Origin: Desulfatiglandales bacterium
GTDB lineage: Bacteria > Desulfobacterota > DSM-4660 > Desulfatiglandales > HGW-15
Length of the DNA stretch: 64,000 bases
NCBI GenBank assembly: GCA_963667015.2
Contig: CAXXJJ010000004.1
Coordinates: forward strand, 3,808,001 to 3,872,000
Direction of reading: 5' to 3'
Below are positions 1 through 10,599 of this stretch, piece after piece. The notes below the pieces were generated by a model. It was not told the origin of the DNA. It saw only the letters and a list, made by a program, of their open reading frames with translations, and did no database searches. The number at the start of each line of letters is the position of its first letter. Within the stretch, counting starts at the first letter, position 1. A program made the position numbers and the translations under genes.

Positions 1-1215
1 TCAAACGGAGATCCGGTAAGGATGATCGGCGTTAATTATGATATTACCAGGAACAAGGAAATGGAATCACAGCTGCAGCAGGCCCAGAAGATGGAATCAA
101 TCGGCACACTTGCCGGCGGAATTGCCCACGACTTTAATAATATCCTGTCCCCGATCATGATGCATACTGAAATGGCCATGGAAGACCTGCCGCCGGACCA
201 TCCTTTGCAGCTCGGCATGAAAGAAATTTTTAATTCCTGTAAACGGGCCAGGGATCTTGTAAAACAGATTTTAACCTTTGCCCGCAAGAGATCGGAAAAA
301 CTAATCCTGTTAAAATCCTCCCGGATAATTAACGATGCGGTAAAATTTTTAAGGTCCACCATACCAACCAGCATTAATATTAATTTTGATAACAGAACAG
401 ACAGGGATATAATCCTTGCCGATCCAACCCAGTTGAATCAAATAATAACGAACCTTTGTACAAACGCAGTCTATGCCATGAGGAAAAAAGGAAATCTTCT
501 GGAAATTGTTCTTGATAACGAGAATATTTCCCTCAACAAGGTAAAGAGTGTTTCGACTCTGAATCCGGGGAACTATGTCAGGATATCTGTTAAAGATAAT
601 GGAACAGGCATATCACCGGATATTTTAGACAGGATTTTTGAACCATACTATACAACCAAGAAGTCGGGAGAAGGGACCGGTCTTGGCCTTGCTATTGTTC
701 ACAGCATTGTTCTTAACTATGGAGGAGATATAACTGTTGAGAGTCAAGTAGGTCATGGAACTTCATTTCATGTTTATCTTCCATTAATTAACGAAGAAAT
801 ACCAGGGATAGAAGATAACAGAATTGAGATACAGAAGGGTACCGAAAGAATACTTATTGTTGATGATGAAAAACCGGCAGTAGATATAATGCAAAAAATG
901 CTTGAAAAATTTGGATATAAGGTAACTTCTACAATAAACAGCAGAAACGCGCTGGAAATATTTCAAAAAAACCCGGAAAACTTTGATCTTGTAATTACAG
1001 ATATGACTATGCCCGACATGTCCGGGGAAATTCTCGCGAAGGAAATAATGTCCATAAGACCAGGATTTCCGATTATTTTATGTACCGGCTTCAGTGACAA
1101 TATAAACGAAGAAAAGGCAAATCAGATTGGCATCAGCCATTTTATACTGAAACCGATTGCTATGAGTGAACTGTCAAAATGTATAAGAGACGTGCTGGAT
1201 AAGCTGCAAAGATAA
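1..1215 (+). CDS. Hybrid sensor histidine kinase/response regulator (5' part lies outside the window)
   Basis: H-box LAGGIAHDFNNIL, G-boxes DNGTG and GTGLGL, C-terminal receiver (ILIVDDE, DMTMP, KP); frame open from the window start. Confidence 0.92.
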   Translation, partial: SNGDPVRMIGVNYDITRNKEMESQLQQAQKMESIGTLAGGIAHDFNNILSPIMMHTEMAMEDLPPDHPLQLGMKEIFNSCKRARDLVKQILTFARKRSEKLILLKSSRIINDAVKFLRSTIPTSININFDNRTDRDIILADPTQLNQIITNLCTNAVYAMRKKGNLLEIVLDNENISLNKVKSVSTLNPGNYVRISVKDNGTGISPDILDRIFEPYYTTKKSGEGTGLGLAIVHSIVLNYGGDITVESQVGHGTSFHVYLPLINEEIPGIEDNRIEIQKGTERILIVDDEKPAVDIMQKMLEKFGYKVTSTINSRNALEIFQKNPENFDLVITDMTMPDMSGEILAKEIMSIRPGFPIILCTGFSDNINEEKANQIGISHFILKPIAMSELSKCIRDVLDKLQR

Positions 1216-1218
1216 AAT

Positions 1219-1250
1219 AAAAAAAGGGGATTATGATAATCCCCTTTTTT
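1219..1250. terminator. Bidirectional intrinsic terminator
   Basis: AAAAAAGGGGATTA-TGA-TAATCCCCTTTTTT between convergent genes. Confidence 0.8.
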
Positions 1251-1330
1251 ATTTTCAGATATATAGTGTTATTTCAAACCGCAAAACCTGCTTTTAAAGT
1301 TAAAAATAACAATCTCAACAGGTCATAAAA

Positions 1331-1468
1331 CTATGCTTCCTTTTTGCTGTTCATTTTGTAATCTTCAGGTTCAGTTTCTTCCTTTTTTTCCCAGCAGTTA
1401 TCTTCCCATTTTTTACAAACACCGCACTGATCTTCAATCATTCCATGTTTACATCTTTTTGCGTTCAC
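1331..1468 (-). CDS. 45-aa Cys/His-rich protein MNAKRCKHGMIEDQCGVCKKWEDNCWEKKEETEPEDYKMNSKKEA
   Basis: GTG start after AAGGAAAGGA; C-x-H-G-x5-C-x2-C motif; below the ORF-track cutoff. Confidence 0.55.
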   Translation of the reverse strand: MNAKRCKHGMIEDQCGVCKKWEDNCWEKKEETEPEDYKMNSKKEA

Positions 1469-1500
1469 TTTAAATCCTTTCCTTATCCTCTATATGGGAT

Positions 1501-1537
1501 AAAAAAAGGGCTGTTCGTTTTGAATTGAACAGCCCTT
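1501..1537 (-). terminator. Intrinsic terminator in the leader of the small Cys-rich gene
   Basis: AAGGGCTGTTC...GAACAGCCCTTTTTTT on minus strand, downstream of TTGACA at 1702-1697. Confidence 0.7.
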
Positions 1538-1792
1538 AAATTATTTAATTATACCTTCCCAAAGACACACGGGAAGCGTTATGCCGTTTGGCAGTGTTTT
1601 GAACCTCCGAAAAAACACATAATATTTTTTATTCGATGACTTCATAAAAAAACATTACCTTTCAAGAATTGAGTTAACTATCACTTGATCGGCAGAGTGT
1701 CAAGTATACTTGAAAATATTTTAAAATTTTTCAGTCCCATGGCTTTCGTGGAATAATGGCATCCCCCGGAATCCATGGGAACCTCTTATAGA

Positions 1793-3856
1793 TTAAAACG
1801 TCATCTTCAGGTTAACACCAAAGGCAGTACCGGGCATGGGAAACCCATACACCTCCTGATAATCTTTATCTAAAATATTAGTCGCATACACCCTCAGAAC
1901 TATATTTTCCGAATAGGCATGCTGGAAGCCAACATCAACAGTTGTGAAAGAATCAAGATTCATGACGTTGCCTTCGGTCTTCCTTTTACCTACAAACCGG
2001 ATATCGGATGTAATAAGCGTATTGCTGAACAAACTGTACCTTATACCAAGGTTTGCCTTATGCTTAGGCGCAATATTGATAAGAACTGCCTCGGCAAGAA
2101 TCTTTGACTGGTCATAATGGGTTTTTCTGAAGGTATAATTACCAAACAGCGTCAATTTTTCAAACAAATTGGCATTAAATTCAAGCTCTGTACCGTAAAA
2201 AATCATTTCATCCAGATTGTAGCCATAGGTGCTTGCATTGTGAAATGAGTCGCTCGAATTGGCTACAATATAGTTATCTACATCAATATAGTAAAACGCG
2301 AGTTTTGTATCCAGGTTTTTCATGGGACGATGAAACAATCCAAGATCATAATGCCAGCTTGTTTCATTATGAATTTCATCTCCCTTTTCCGTTGAGCCAA
2401 AACTGGCCCATGCTGAACGGTCTCAACAACCCGGGACATGATAATCCTTGTTTACCGACAGATAGAGCTGTGTGTCATCCGTGAACTTGTATGTAAGTGT
2501 AGACTTTGGAAGGAAAAGCCTTGTATAGATCAAATGCCTGTACTTTTCCGTTGTTCCGGGATCTGCATATGCATAGGTCCTTTCTCTGACATGTGTATAT
2601 CTCAATCCGAGAAATGCGGATAATTTTTCGCTGATGTTCCAGGTATCTTCAGCATAAAGGGCCTGCATACGCCATACATCTTCTGTTGACCCTGTTTCCA
2701 TTCTGCGCTGGTCATAACCTGTAAGAACAGAATGACCATCCCAGAAATCCATCTGGTACTGAAGTCTGCCGCCAATCTGTTTTTCCTCTCTGGCAGGGCC
2801 ACCGCTGTATAGCTGTGTCAGGGCACCACCGCTCAGAGTGTAGTAATAACTGTCTTCAGCACCGGATGTCTCATATATCTGAAACTTAAGTTTTGATTTA
2901 TCAAAAGGCTGCTCAAAGGAGAGATCAATGTGCTGCGCATGTTTATCCTTGTAATTGTCTCCACCGGGAAATGATATTGCACGGTATCTGCGGATGGTAT
3001 CCGCATCTTCAGGTACAATAGGATAGCCCGGATACCAGACATTGGAATATGTACTGTCCGGATCATTTACTACGGCATAGCCTACGTTTATCTGGGAATA
3101 TTTTATTCCCAGTGTAAGGTATCCTTCAAATGGAAAAAGATAGGAAAGCCTCCCTGAATAATCATAGCCGTCATAATCGTTATTTAAGAGATATCCGTCA
3201 GATCTTTTATAGCCATAGTTAAAGAAATAGCCGAGGTTCTTTACGCCGCCATCTACTGCTATTCTTGTTGTAAAGGTTCTGAATTTAGAAAGATCATTTA
3301 CGAAAGTTATCTTCGGCTTCAATGTATCCTTTTCTCTTCCCTTTCTGGTAATAATATTGATTATACCGCCCTGGGAATTCTCATACTGGGCCGAAGCAGC
3401 GCCACGGATAACCTCAATTTTTTCAATATCCGCACTGGTCAGGCTTGACCAGTCCACATATGTGTCCGCACCTGCGGTAGGACCGGTTATCGTCCTCCCG
3501 TCAATTGCTATTGTGAACCTGCTGTCGTCAAAACCCCTCATTAATACCATGGTCTGAGGATCTGCACCGGATGAGCCTCTCAAAACATCAATACCGGTGA
3601 GGTGCATCAGAATGTCTTCAACCCGTTCAACCGCCCCGCTCTTATCAAATGCCTCAATATCGATAACAGTTTTTGTAGGGGTAATTTTAACGGCCCCGCC
3701 ATGAAAGGCGGTAACAACTACCTCATCAAGTGTAAATTCATCCTCATTAAGGCAATCTCGATCCGGACATTCATCGTCAAACTGCCCAAAGGCAACCGGG
3801 CATGTCAGGAATAAGAGTGCACATAAGAAGAATATCAGCCTCCTAATACAATACAT
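1793..3856 (-). CDS. TonB-dependent receptor, 687 aa, with in-frame UGA at codon 478 (HVPGC-U-DRS), putative selenoprotein
   Basis: ORFs 2423..3856 and 1793..2338 share a frame and are separated only by TGA 2425-2423; TonB-box-like TLDEVVVTA, plug motif IEKIEVIRG, terminal Phe found only after read-through. Confidence 0.88.
2389..2420 (-). promoter_or_regulatory. SECIS-like hairpin after the TonB receptor UGA
   Basis: TGGGCCA-GTTT-TGGCTCA stem-loop starts 12 nt after UGA; lower stem CCGT/ACGG. Confidence 0.7.
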
Positions 3857-3880
3857 TAATAATAGCTCCTTTCTCTTTTT

Positions 3881-4837
3881 TTAATTTTCCGGCAGAAAAC
3901 TGTAATCCACTATCTTGTCTATAGATACCTTTTCCGGCAGATAGCCTATCTCCCGCATTATTGCCTGCTGGCGGTAGATGTTCTCTTCCGGTTCCCTGCC
4001 GTCACTGTATTCCCTGAGAGCAGACTTCATGGCCACCTCCATTTCCACTCCCGTATATTTTGGAATCCATTTTCTGGCTTTTTTTTCATTGGCCTTAATA
4101 TATTCAAAGGCCTTTATTAGTCCCCTTAAAAAGGCCCTCGCCTTTTCGGGATTTTTCTTCAGGTATTTATCGGTAAAAAACAATCCGCTGAAAACATACC
4201 CCGGTATTGCATCGTTAAATGATGTCAATAGCCTGCTCGCACCATGCACCTCCAGCATGGTCGCTGTAGGGTCTCAGGCAACTATTACATCAACACCCTT
4301 TGACCTTAAGGCTGCTTCGTGTTTCATGGAATCGTCAAGTTTGATTCCCTTGATTGCCCGGATATCATCTTTTTCCAGGCCGGCCTTTTTTAGTGTTTCA
4401 TTAAGAATCATGGCTGTTGTAATGGAACCGGATTCTGCGATCCTTTTCCCCTTCAGGTCCTCTATATTTTGAATATTGCTTTTCTGGTCAACATGAAGAC
4501 CGCATCTTGTGCCCTTGTGTGAGTGCCCCAGCCAGGCAACGACCTTTACAGGGATATTTCTCAAGCCTGCATGAAAGGCCCCTCCCAGGTCCAGGTGCCC
4601 GGCATCGATATCTTCATGTAATGCCGCTGCAATTATGTTGTGTTCACCAACAAGTCTGACCAGTTCAACCTTGAGGCCTTCCTTTTCCCAAAGGCCTTCT
4701 TCAAGGGCCACATACAAAGGGAGGTCATCAATACCGCGGCTGTATGTTATCTTCATGACATCATCAGCGCTCAATAAACTGGAAAAGAAAACGAGTGCTA
4801 TAAATGTAACCAGAATCGATAAATTCTTCTTTTTCAT
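3881..4837 (-). CDS. SsuA/NMT1-like ABC substrate-binding protein, 318 aa, with in-frame UGA at codon 188 (DVIVA-U-DPTAT), putative selenoprotein
   Basis: ORFs 4274..4837 and 3881..4258 share a frame and are separated only by TGA 4276-4274; signal peptide; DLKGKRIA motif; the joined length is typical for the family. Confidence 0.85.
4241..4261 (-). promoter_or_regulatory. SECIS-like hairpin after the SBP UGA
   Basis: Perfect 7-bp stem ACCATGC-TGGAGGT-GCATGGT starts 12 nt after UGA. Confidence 0.72.
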
Positions 4838-4880
4838 ATTTTTTCCTTAAACCTTATACCTTAAACCGCAAACCGTGCTT

Positions 4881-5657
4881 TTACGCCGATGTCTCAGCAA
4901 AAGAGGCATCCGTGTGCCATGAAAGAGCCTTTTTCTGGACCCATCTTGCTATTCTGTCCAACCCGAAACCCATAAGCGAAATTACAATAATACCGGCAAA
5001 CATCCTTTCTGTTGCAAACACCCTCTGGGCATCTATAACAAGAAACCCTATGCCCGAATCTGCAGCAAGCATCTCAACACCGACTATCGCCGTCATGGAC
5101 ATGGCTGTTGAAACTCTCATACCAGTTATAATCATAGGGAGGGCAGAGGGAATCAGAACCATTGTCCATATCTGGCGACCCCTTGCGCCAAGGGATCTTG
5201 CTGCCTGGATAAGGCGTGAATCAACTCCCTTTATCCCTGCGATGGTGTTCAGGACTATCGGGAAGAAACAGGCCTTTACTATAATGGCTGTTTTAGACCC
5301 GTTACCGATCCCGAACCATACAAACATTATGGGTACAAGGGCGAAGGTTGAGATTGGCCTGATGAGTTCAATAAGGGGATCAATGATTGTTTCACACACC
5401 CTTGACCATGCAACAAGCACCCCGATAGTAAGCCCCAGTACCGCCGCTATCAAATAGCCGCAGACAGCCCTGACAATACTTATCCCAATGTGCGGAAATA
5501 TCTCTCCGGATGCGGTCATTTCCCACAGACTCTTCAGCATGGCACTTGGTGCAGGAAAAAAGAACGGGTCGATAAGCCCACTGCGGCCAATAAGTTCAAA
5601 AATAACTAAAAGGCTTAAAGGGGAAATGAATTTTGAATACCGTTTCAGGGTGCTCAT
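4881..5657 (-). CDS. ABC transporter permease, SsuC/TauC-like
   Basis: EAA-like loop LIQAARSLGA, TM helices; ATG at 5657 overlaps the upstream stop (ATGA). Confidence 0.9.
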   Translation of the reverse strand: MSTLKRYSKFISPLSLLVIFELIGRSGLIDPFFFPAPSAMLKSLWEMTASGEIFPHIGISIVRAVCGYLIAAVLGLTIGVLVAWSRVCETIIDPLIELIRPISTFALVPIMFVWFGIGNGSKTAIIVKACFFPIVLNTIAGIKGVDSRLIQAARSLGARGRQIWTMVLIPSALPMIITGMRVSTAMSMTAIVGVEMLAADSGIGFLVIDAQRVFATERMFAGIIVISLMGFGLDRIARWVQKKALSWHTDASFAETSA

Positions 5658-6412
5658 TCCACCATTACCTCGGACCATATAATTCCCCTTATCTCTTTCT
5701 CATATTCCTTGAATTCAGGAGAAAAGAGCGTCTCCCTTATTCTCGGTCTCGGCAGATCAATCCTCATATCCGATATAATCCTGCCGGGTCTTGAACTCAT
5801 AATTACAACCCTGTCGGACAGAAAAACCGCCTCTGAAATGCTGTGAGTTACAAACAGTACAGTACACTTTTCCATCTGCCATATACGTAAAAGCTCTGCC
5901 TGGAGCATCTCCCGTGTCAGAGCGTCCAGTGCACCGAAGGGTTCGTCCATAAGCAGAACATCGGGATTATTTGCAAGTGCCCTGGCAATGGCCACCCTCT
6001 GTTTCATCCCGCCGCTCAGTTCATGGGGATACCGGTTTTCAAACCCCTGCAGGCCCACAAGGCTGATATAGTGATCAATGATTTTTTTACGTTCATGAGC
6101 AGGGACACCATTTACCCTGGGTCCGAATTCAATATTTTTTCCTACTGTCTGCCATGGAAAGAGCAGATATTCCTGAAAAACAATTGCACGTTTAGGATCA
6201 GGGCCGGTCACGGCCCTGCCATCACAATGAACTTCTCCTGATGTAAGGCTTTCGAGCCCTGCTACAATGAGAAGAAAGGTCGACTTTCCGCACCCGCTGG
6301 GGCCTATTATAGAAACAAACTCGTTGTTTCCTACAGAAAGATCCAGGTTTTCCAGTGCGACCACCTTTGCACGCCGGTTAAATTCCTTTGAGACGCCTCT
6401 GGCAACTATCAA
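5654..6412 (-). CDS. ABC transporter ATP-binding protein, SsuB/TauB-like
   Basis: Walker A GPSGCGKST, LSGGMKQR, LLMDEPFGALD. Confidence 0.93.
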   Translation of the reverse strand: MIVARGVSKEFNRRAKVVALENLDLSVGNNEFVSIIGPSGCGKSTFLLIVAGLESLTSGEVHCDGRAVTGPDPKRAIVFQEYLLFPWQTVGKNIEFGPRVNGVPAHERKKIIDHYISLVGLQGFENRYPHELSGGMKQRVAIARALANNPDVLLMDEPFGALDALTREMLQAELLRIWQMEKCTVLFVTHSISEAVFLSDRVVIMSSRPGRIISDMRIDLPRPRIRETLFSPEFKEYEKEIRGIIWSEVMVE

Positions 6413-6419
6413 AACCGGT

Positions 6420-7574
6420 TTATCTCCCTGCCCTTAACTGTTCCATGAAACCTTCGATTCGCAGCCTTAACTGGCCTGCATCAGACTGTGAATAATCCGT
6501 AACAATATGAAGAAAAGGCAGGCCATGTTTTTCCTTAACAAGTTCGCCAACACGATAGGATTCAATATTAAAGGTATGGCATGACTGCCATGTAAGGTCT
6601 ATTACACCGTCAATATTGAACTCACTGATCATGTAGTCTATATCATCAAACCTCTGATTATTAGGTGTCATACATGAACAGGTAACCCTTAAATAACGGT
6701 CTGCAATTGCATCAAGGGGATCCGTTTCCGTATCAATGGGGTCGTTCAGCCTTGTATATCCGCCGCAACCTTCCTGAGCCACAACAACTCCGCCCAGCTC
6801 CTCAACCATCCTTAAAACCTTATCGCATCCAAGGCTGTTTCCAAGCCCTGTCCAGAGTATTCTGGGCCTGCTCCTGTCGCAGGCATATTCCTGATTCACT
6901 AATCGCCGGTTAAGTTCATTCAATACATCCGATAATCTGGAGGTATATGTGGAACGGTCTATGGAATAACCCATTTTGGTGGTAAGAGACACCAGGTCCA
7001 GCCCCATGATTGGCGGAGGAGAAGATTTTCTGCACTGGTGGATTGCCTTTAGAAGAGCCCTTTCCCTGTTTCCCTGTTCAATTGCCTTTGAAAGCGCATC
7101 ATTCGTTATTTTCGTATCAAGCTGATCCTCAAGGAAGCATTTCATTTTTTCCACTTCACGGCGCCAGTGAGCCTGTGCTTCCTGATCATCAGGCTTTTGA
7201 GGAAGATCCATCACATGCATGGGTTTGTACCTTGATAAAAGCTCATACATCTTTTTTCTTCCGTCACATGTGGTTTCGCTTACGATACAGTCTGCAAGGG
7301 GGAAAATAGGACAGGAATTATTGACAGCCCTTCCGTATGTAGCTTTCACCATTGGGCATTGATCCGCGGGGAGAACCTGTTCGGCCGCCTCAATTGGCCC
7401 CTCGGTCGTCCCGCACAGACCGACAGTAACAGCGCCTGCGGCCCAGGCAATTTCTCTGGGAAAATAGGAACAGAGAGAACCTACAACTTTTTTGCCCTCA
7501 TCCTTTGCCATTTCAAGCTGCTGAGCGAAATCCGTCTTAACTTCATCAATTTTTTCTTTTACAGTCAGGTCCAT
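6420..7574 (-). CDS. Double-cubane-cluster protein (DCCP)-like reductase, 2-hydroxyacyl-CoA dehydratase family
   Basis: LCSYFP, GLCG, QCPMVK, CPIF, ETTCDGRKK, EGCGG, CSCMTPN, WQSCHTF, TDYSQSD. Confidence 0.85.
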   Translation of the reverse strand: MDLTVKEKIDEVKTDFAQQLEMAKDEGKKVVGSLCSYFPREIAWAAGAVTVGLCGTTEGPIEAAEQVLPADQCPMVKATYGRAVNNSCPIFPLADCIVSETTCDGRKKMYELLSRYKPMHVMDLPQKPDDQEAQAHWRREVEKMKCFLEDQLDTKITNDALSKAIEQGNRERALLKAIHQCRKSSPPPIMGLDLVSLTTKMGYSIDRSTYTSRLSDVLNELNRRLVNQEYACDRSRPRILWTGLGNSLGCDKVLRMVEELGGVVVAQEGCGGYTRLNDPIDTETDPLDAIADRYLRVTCSCMTPNNQRFDDIDYMISEFNIDGVIDLTWQSCHTFNIESYRVGELVKEKHGLPFLHIVTDYSQSDAGQLRLRIEGFMEQLRAGR

Positions 7575-7658
7575 GAACAATCCTCGCTTCCACATTCTTT
7601 TTCAGAGACAACTGGTATCTATATTTTTGAAGTGCACACTATTCAGGAAAAGTCAATG

Positions 7659-7710
7659 TGTCAAACTGGATTTTCCTATATATGACAAGCTTATGGTCGG
7701 GCAAACCGAT
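7659..7710 (-). promoter_or_regulatory. Shared operator/promoter, site 1 (DCCP-ABC-TonB operon)
   Basis: ATCGGTTTGCCCGAC-N16-ATAGGAAAATCCAGT-TTGACA. Confidence 0.8.
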
Positions 7711-7840
7711 ATTTGACATATTCTGTGATTTTTTTTTCTATTTAATAGACAATATGTCCTGATCAATCTAATTTACATGAAATATGACTTTAATGCTGCA
7801 AACAGCAAACTAAATATAGATAGTTTAAGATCAACCACCT

Positions 7841-7892
7841 AAAGGATTTTCCTATATATAATACAAAATTCATCGCTTATACCAGTTTGACA
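7841..7892 (+). promoter_or_regulatory. Shared operator/promoter, site 2 (porin-yedE operon)
   Basis: AAAGGATTTTCCTAT-N16-ATCGCTTATACCAGT-TTGACA. Confidence 0.8.
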
Positions 7893-8002
7893 TACCTAGC
7901 TTTCTTAACTAGATCTTATTTACTTTTAAGGATTAAACATAACTTAATCAAAAGAATTAAAAATCGATGAATGATTAATCTTTTTTCCTAAAGGAGGAGA
8001 AA

Positions 8003-9232
8003 ATGAACAGATTTGGCTTTTCTAAAAAATGGTTAATCTGCTTTTTTACTTTGCTGACATTTGGATTATTCTTATCAGTAAATGCATCCGGCGAGGAATC
8101 TTTAGGTGCCTCCATTAAAAATGGAAAGGTAAACGGGGAACTTAAAATCTGGTACCAGACAAATGACAATGATCTCAGTGGCAACAGCTTTCTTGACAAG
8201 GAAAACAGCATATTTGATGCCGGACTAAATCTTGGCTATACAACCGCCGGCTTCAAGGGTTTTAATATTGGGATCAATTTTTATGCAATAAATGACCTGG
8301 GAGCCTACGACAATTTTGCAAATAGCAGTATCCACGGTGTTAACCACAGTGAGACGACATCATGGCTTGGAGAGGCCTTCATAGCCTATAACAAAGAAAA
8401 TACGACAGTAAAACTCGGAAGGCAGAATATAAAATCCCCGCTTATTAACAGCGACGGCTGGGCAGTTTTTCCCAACAGCTTTGAGGCAATATTCTTCCAA
8501 AATAAAAGTTTAAGCGATACCAGTATTGTTGCATCCTATGTCACAAGGGAAAGAACCCTCAAGAGCCATACCTTTGAGGATTTTGTAGATGATGGGGGTT
8601 TTATGCTGGGTGCAGAAAACAAATTCTTTAAGGATCTTGCCCTGAGCGGATATTATTACCATATAAAGGGAGCTTCAGATATAAACTCAATTTATCTTCA
8701 GGCCGTTACAGAATATAAAAAGATAAATGTTTCAACACAGTATATGTTCTTTGACTCGGATGCAGCCAATTCCGACTCAACAAATGCTGTTGGAGTCCTT
8801 GTGTCAACTAAGATAGGAAATGTTGACCTGTCGGGTGCAGTAAGTACTGTTGATAAAGGCACATTAAATGCCGCAAAATTTTCAGATAACGGAATAAAGA
8901 CACCTCTCTACACTGCATCCATTTGTGCTGACGGTGATATTGCCTCTGCCACTGATACCGATGCCCTCAAAGTTTCAATAGGGTTTTCGCCAATGGAAAA
9001 ACTCAGCATAACCGGCACATTCGGCTACTATGACCATGGCAGCCACTCCTCAGCCAGTCCGAACAATGCGTCAACATCCGCAGAACTTGTTCTTAAATAT
9101 ACAGGGTTTAAAAACATGACGATCTTTGCAGCCTATGTAAACTCGGATCACAACGGAGTAGGCGGATGGAAAGGATGCACCTCCGAGGACTCACTTAATA
9201 CTCTAAGGATATGGGCCAGCTATAAATTCTAG
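8003..9232 (+). CDS. Outer-membrane porin, OprD-like
   Basis: Signal peptide, amphipathic beta strands, KLGRQ..SPL motif, C-terminal YKF. Confidence 0.75.
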   Translation: MNRFGFSKKWLICFFTLLTFGLFLSVNASGEESLGASIKNGKVNGELKIWYQTNDNDLSGNSFLDKENSIFDAGLNLGYTTAGFKGFNIGINFYAINDLGAYDNFANSSIHGVNHSETTSWLGEAFIAYNKENTTVKLGRQNIKSPLINSDGWAVFPNSFEAIFFQNKSLSDTSIVASYVTRERTLKSHTFEDFVDDGGFMLGAENKFFKDLALSGYYYHIKGASDINSIYLQAVTEYKKINVSTQYMFFDSDAANSDSTNAVGVLVSTKIGNVDLSGAVSTVDKGTLNAAKFSDNGIKTPLYTASICADGDIASATDTDALKVSIGFSPMEKLSITGTFGYYDHGSHSSASPNNASTSAELVLKYTGFKNMTIFAAYVNSDHNGVGGWKGCTSEDSLNTLRIWASYKF

Positions 9233-9272
9233 ATATCTCTTCTGAAAAACTTGAAAGAAGGAAGGAGCTGTT

Positions 9273-10361
9273 ATGTCACAGATAAAAAATTTTTTTGCAA
9301 CCAGATGGGGAATTATAAGTGTGGGTGCCTTTATAGGTATTCTGGCAGCACTGCTCCAGAAATGGGGAAATCCCGGAAATATGGGAATTTGTGTTGCCTG
9401 TTTTAACAGGGATATTGCAGGCGCTGTCGGGCTTCACAGGGCCGCTGTAGTTCAGTATATGAGACCAGAAATCATCGGTTTTGTTATCGGCTCCCTGGCG
9501 GCTGCACTGATCTTTAATGAATACAAATCAAGGGCAGGATCTGCTCCAATAGTAAGGTTTTTTTTAGGGGCATTTGCAATGATAGGGGCGCTTGTCTTTC
9601 TGGGCTGTCCATGGCGCGGCCTGCTCAGGCTTGCAGGCGGGGACTGGAATGCAATACTGGGCTTAGCCGGCCTGGTGGTGGGTATCTGGATCGGGACCCT
9701 TTTTCTCAAAAACGGCTATAACCTTGGAAGGAGCCAAAAGACATATGCCTCGGTAGGTCTTCTCATGCCAATACTTATGGCAGGATTTCTTGCGCTCATG
9801 TTTATATTTCCACAGGTTGAAGGCCAGGATAAAAACGATATACTCTTTTACAGCCTGAAAGGCCCCGGCGCAATGCATGCCCCGCTCATTGTTGCTCTTG
9901 TTGTAGGTTTTTTTGTCGGCTTTATTGCACAGAGAAGCCGTTTCTGCACAATGGGTGCGTTTCGGGATCTTTTGCTTTTCAGGCAGGCCCATCTGCTGCT
10001 TGGTATTATATCCCTTGTTATAGCCGCATTTGTTGTAAACCTTATAGTAGGCCAGTTTAAACCCGGATTTGAAGGTCAACCCGTTGCCCATACAATGCAT
10101 ATATGGAATTTTGCAGGGATGGTTCTTGCAGGTCTGGCATTCGCACTCGCCGGAGGATGTCCCGGACGCCAGCTATTTCTGGCAGGAGAAGGAGACGGTG
10201 ATGCAGCAGTCTTCGTATTCGGGATGATCACGGGTGCCGCATTTGCTCATAATTTCGGACTGGCCAGTTCACCGAAAGGTGTTGGGGCACACGGGATCGC
10301 GGCTGTAATAATAGGTTTAATAGTCTGCCTGTATATTGGCTTTACAATGAGACAAAAATAA
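9273..10361 (+). CDS. yedE: YedE family putative selenium/sulfur transporter
   Basis: GNPGNMGICVACF, FLGCPWR, QRSRFC, LAGGCPGRQL; multiple TM helices. Confidence 0.88.
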   Translation: MSQIKNFFATRWGIISVGAFIGILAALLQKWGNPGNMGICVACFNRDIAGAVGLHRAAVVQYMRPEIIGFVIGSLAAALIFNEYKSRAGSAPIVRFFLGAFAMIGALVFLGCPWRGLLRLAGGDWNAILGLAGLVVGIWIGTLFLKNGYNLGRSQKTYASVGLLMPILMAGFLALMFIFPQVEGQDKNDILFYSLKGPGAMHAPLIVALVVGFFVGFIAQRSRFCTMGAFRDLLLFRQAHLLLGIISLVIAAFVVNLIVGQFKPGFEGQPVAHTMHIWNFAGMVLAGLAFALAGGCPGRQLFLAGEGDGDAAVFVFGMITGAAFAHNFGLASSPKGVGAHGIAAVIIGLIVCLYIGFTMRQK

Positions 10362-10378
10362 GTAAAAAGGAGGATATT

Positions 10379-10597
10379 ATGGGAACTACAATAGATGCAA
10401 GAGGTTTGAGTTGTCCTCAGCCTGTACTTATGACGCTCGACAATATCAAGAAACAGAATAATGGAGAAATGGAGATTCTTGTTGATACCGAAACCTCAAA
10501 AGAAAATGTAAGCAGGGCTGCTACCAGCAAAGGGTGGCAGGTAACAGATGTAAAAGAAGAAGACGAGTGTTTCAGAATCTCAATAAGCAAGGGTTGA
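10379..10597 (+). CDS. TusA/SirA-like sulfur/selenium carrier protein
   Basis: IDARGLSCPQPV motif. Confidence 0.9.
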   Translation: MGTTIDARGLSCPQPVLMTLDNIKKQNNGEMEILVDTETSKENVSRAATSKGWQVTDVKEEDECFRISISKG

Positions 10598-10599
10598 TT

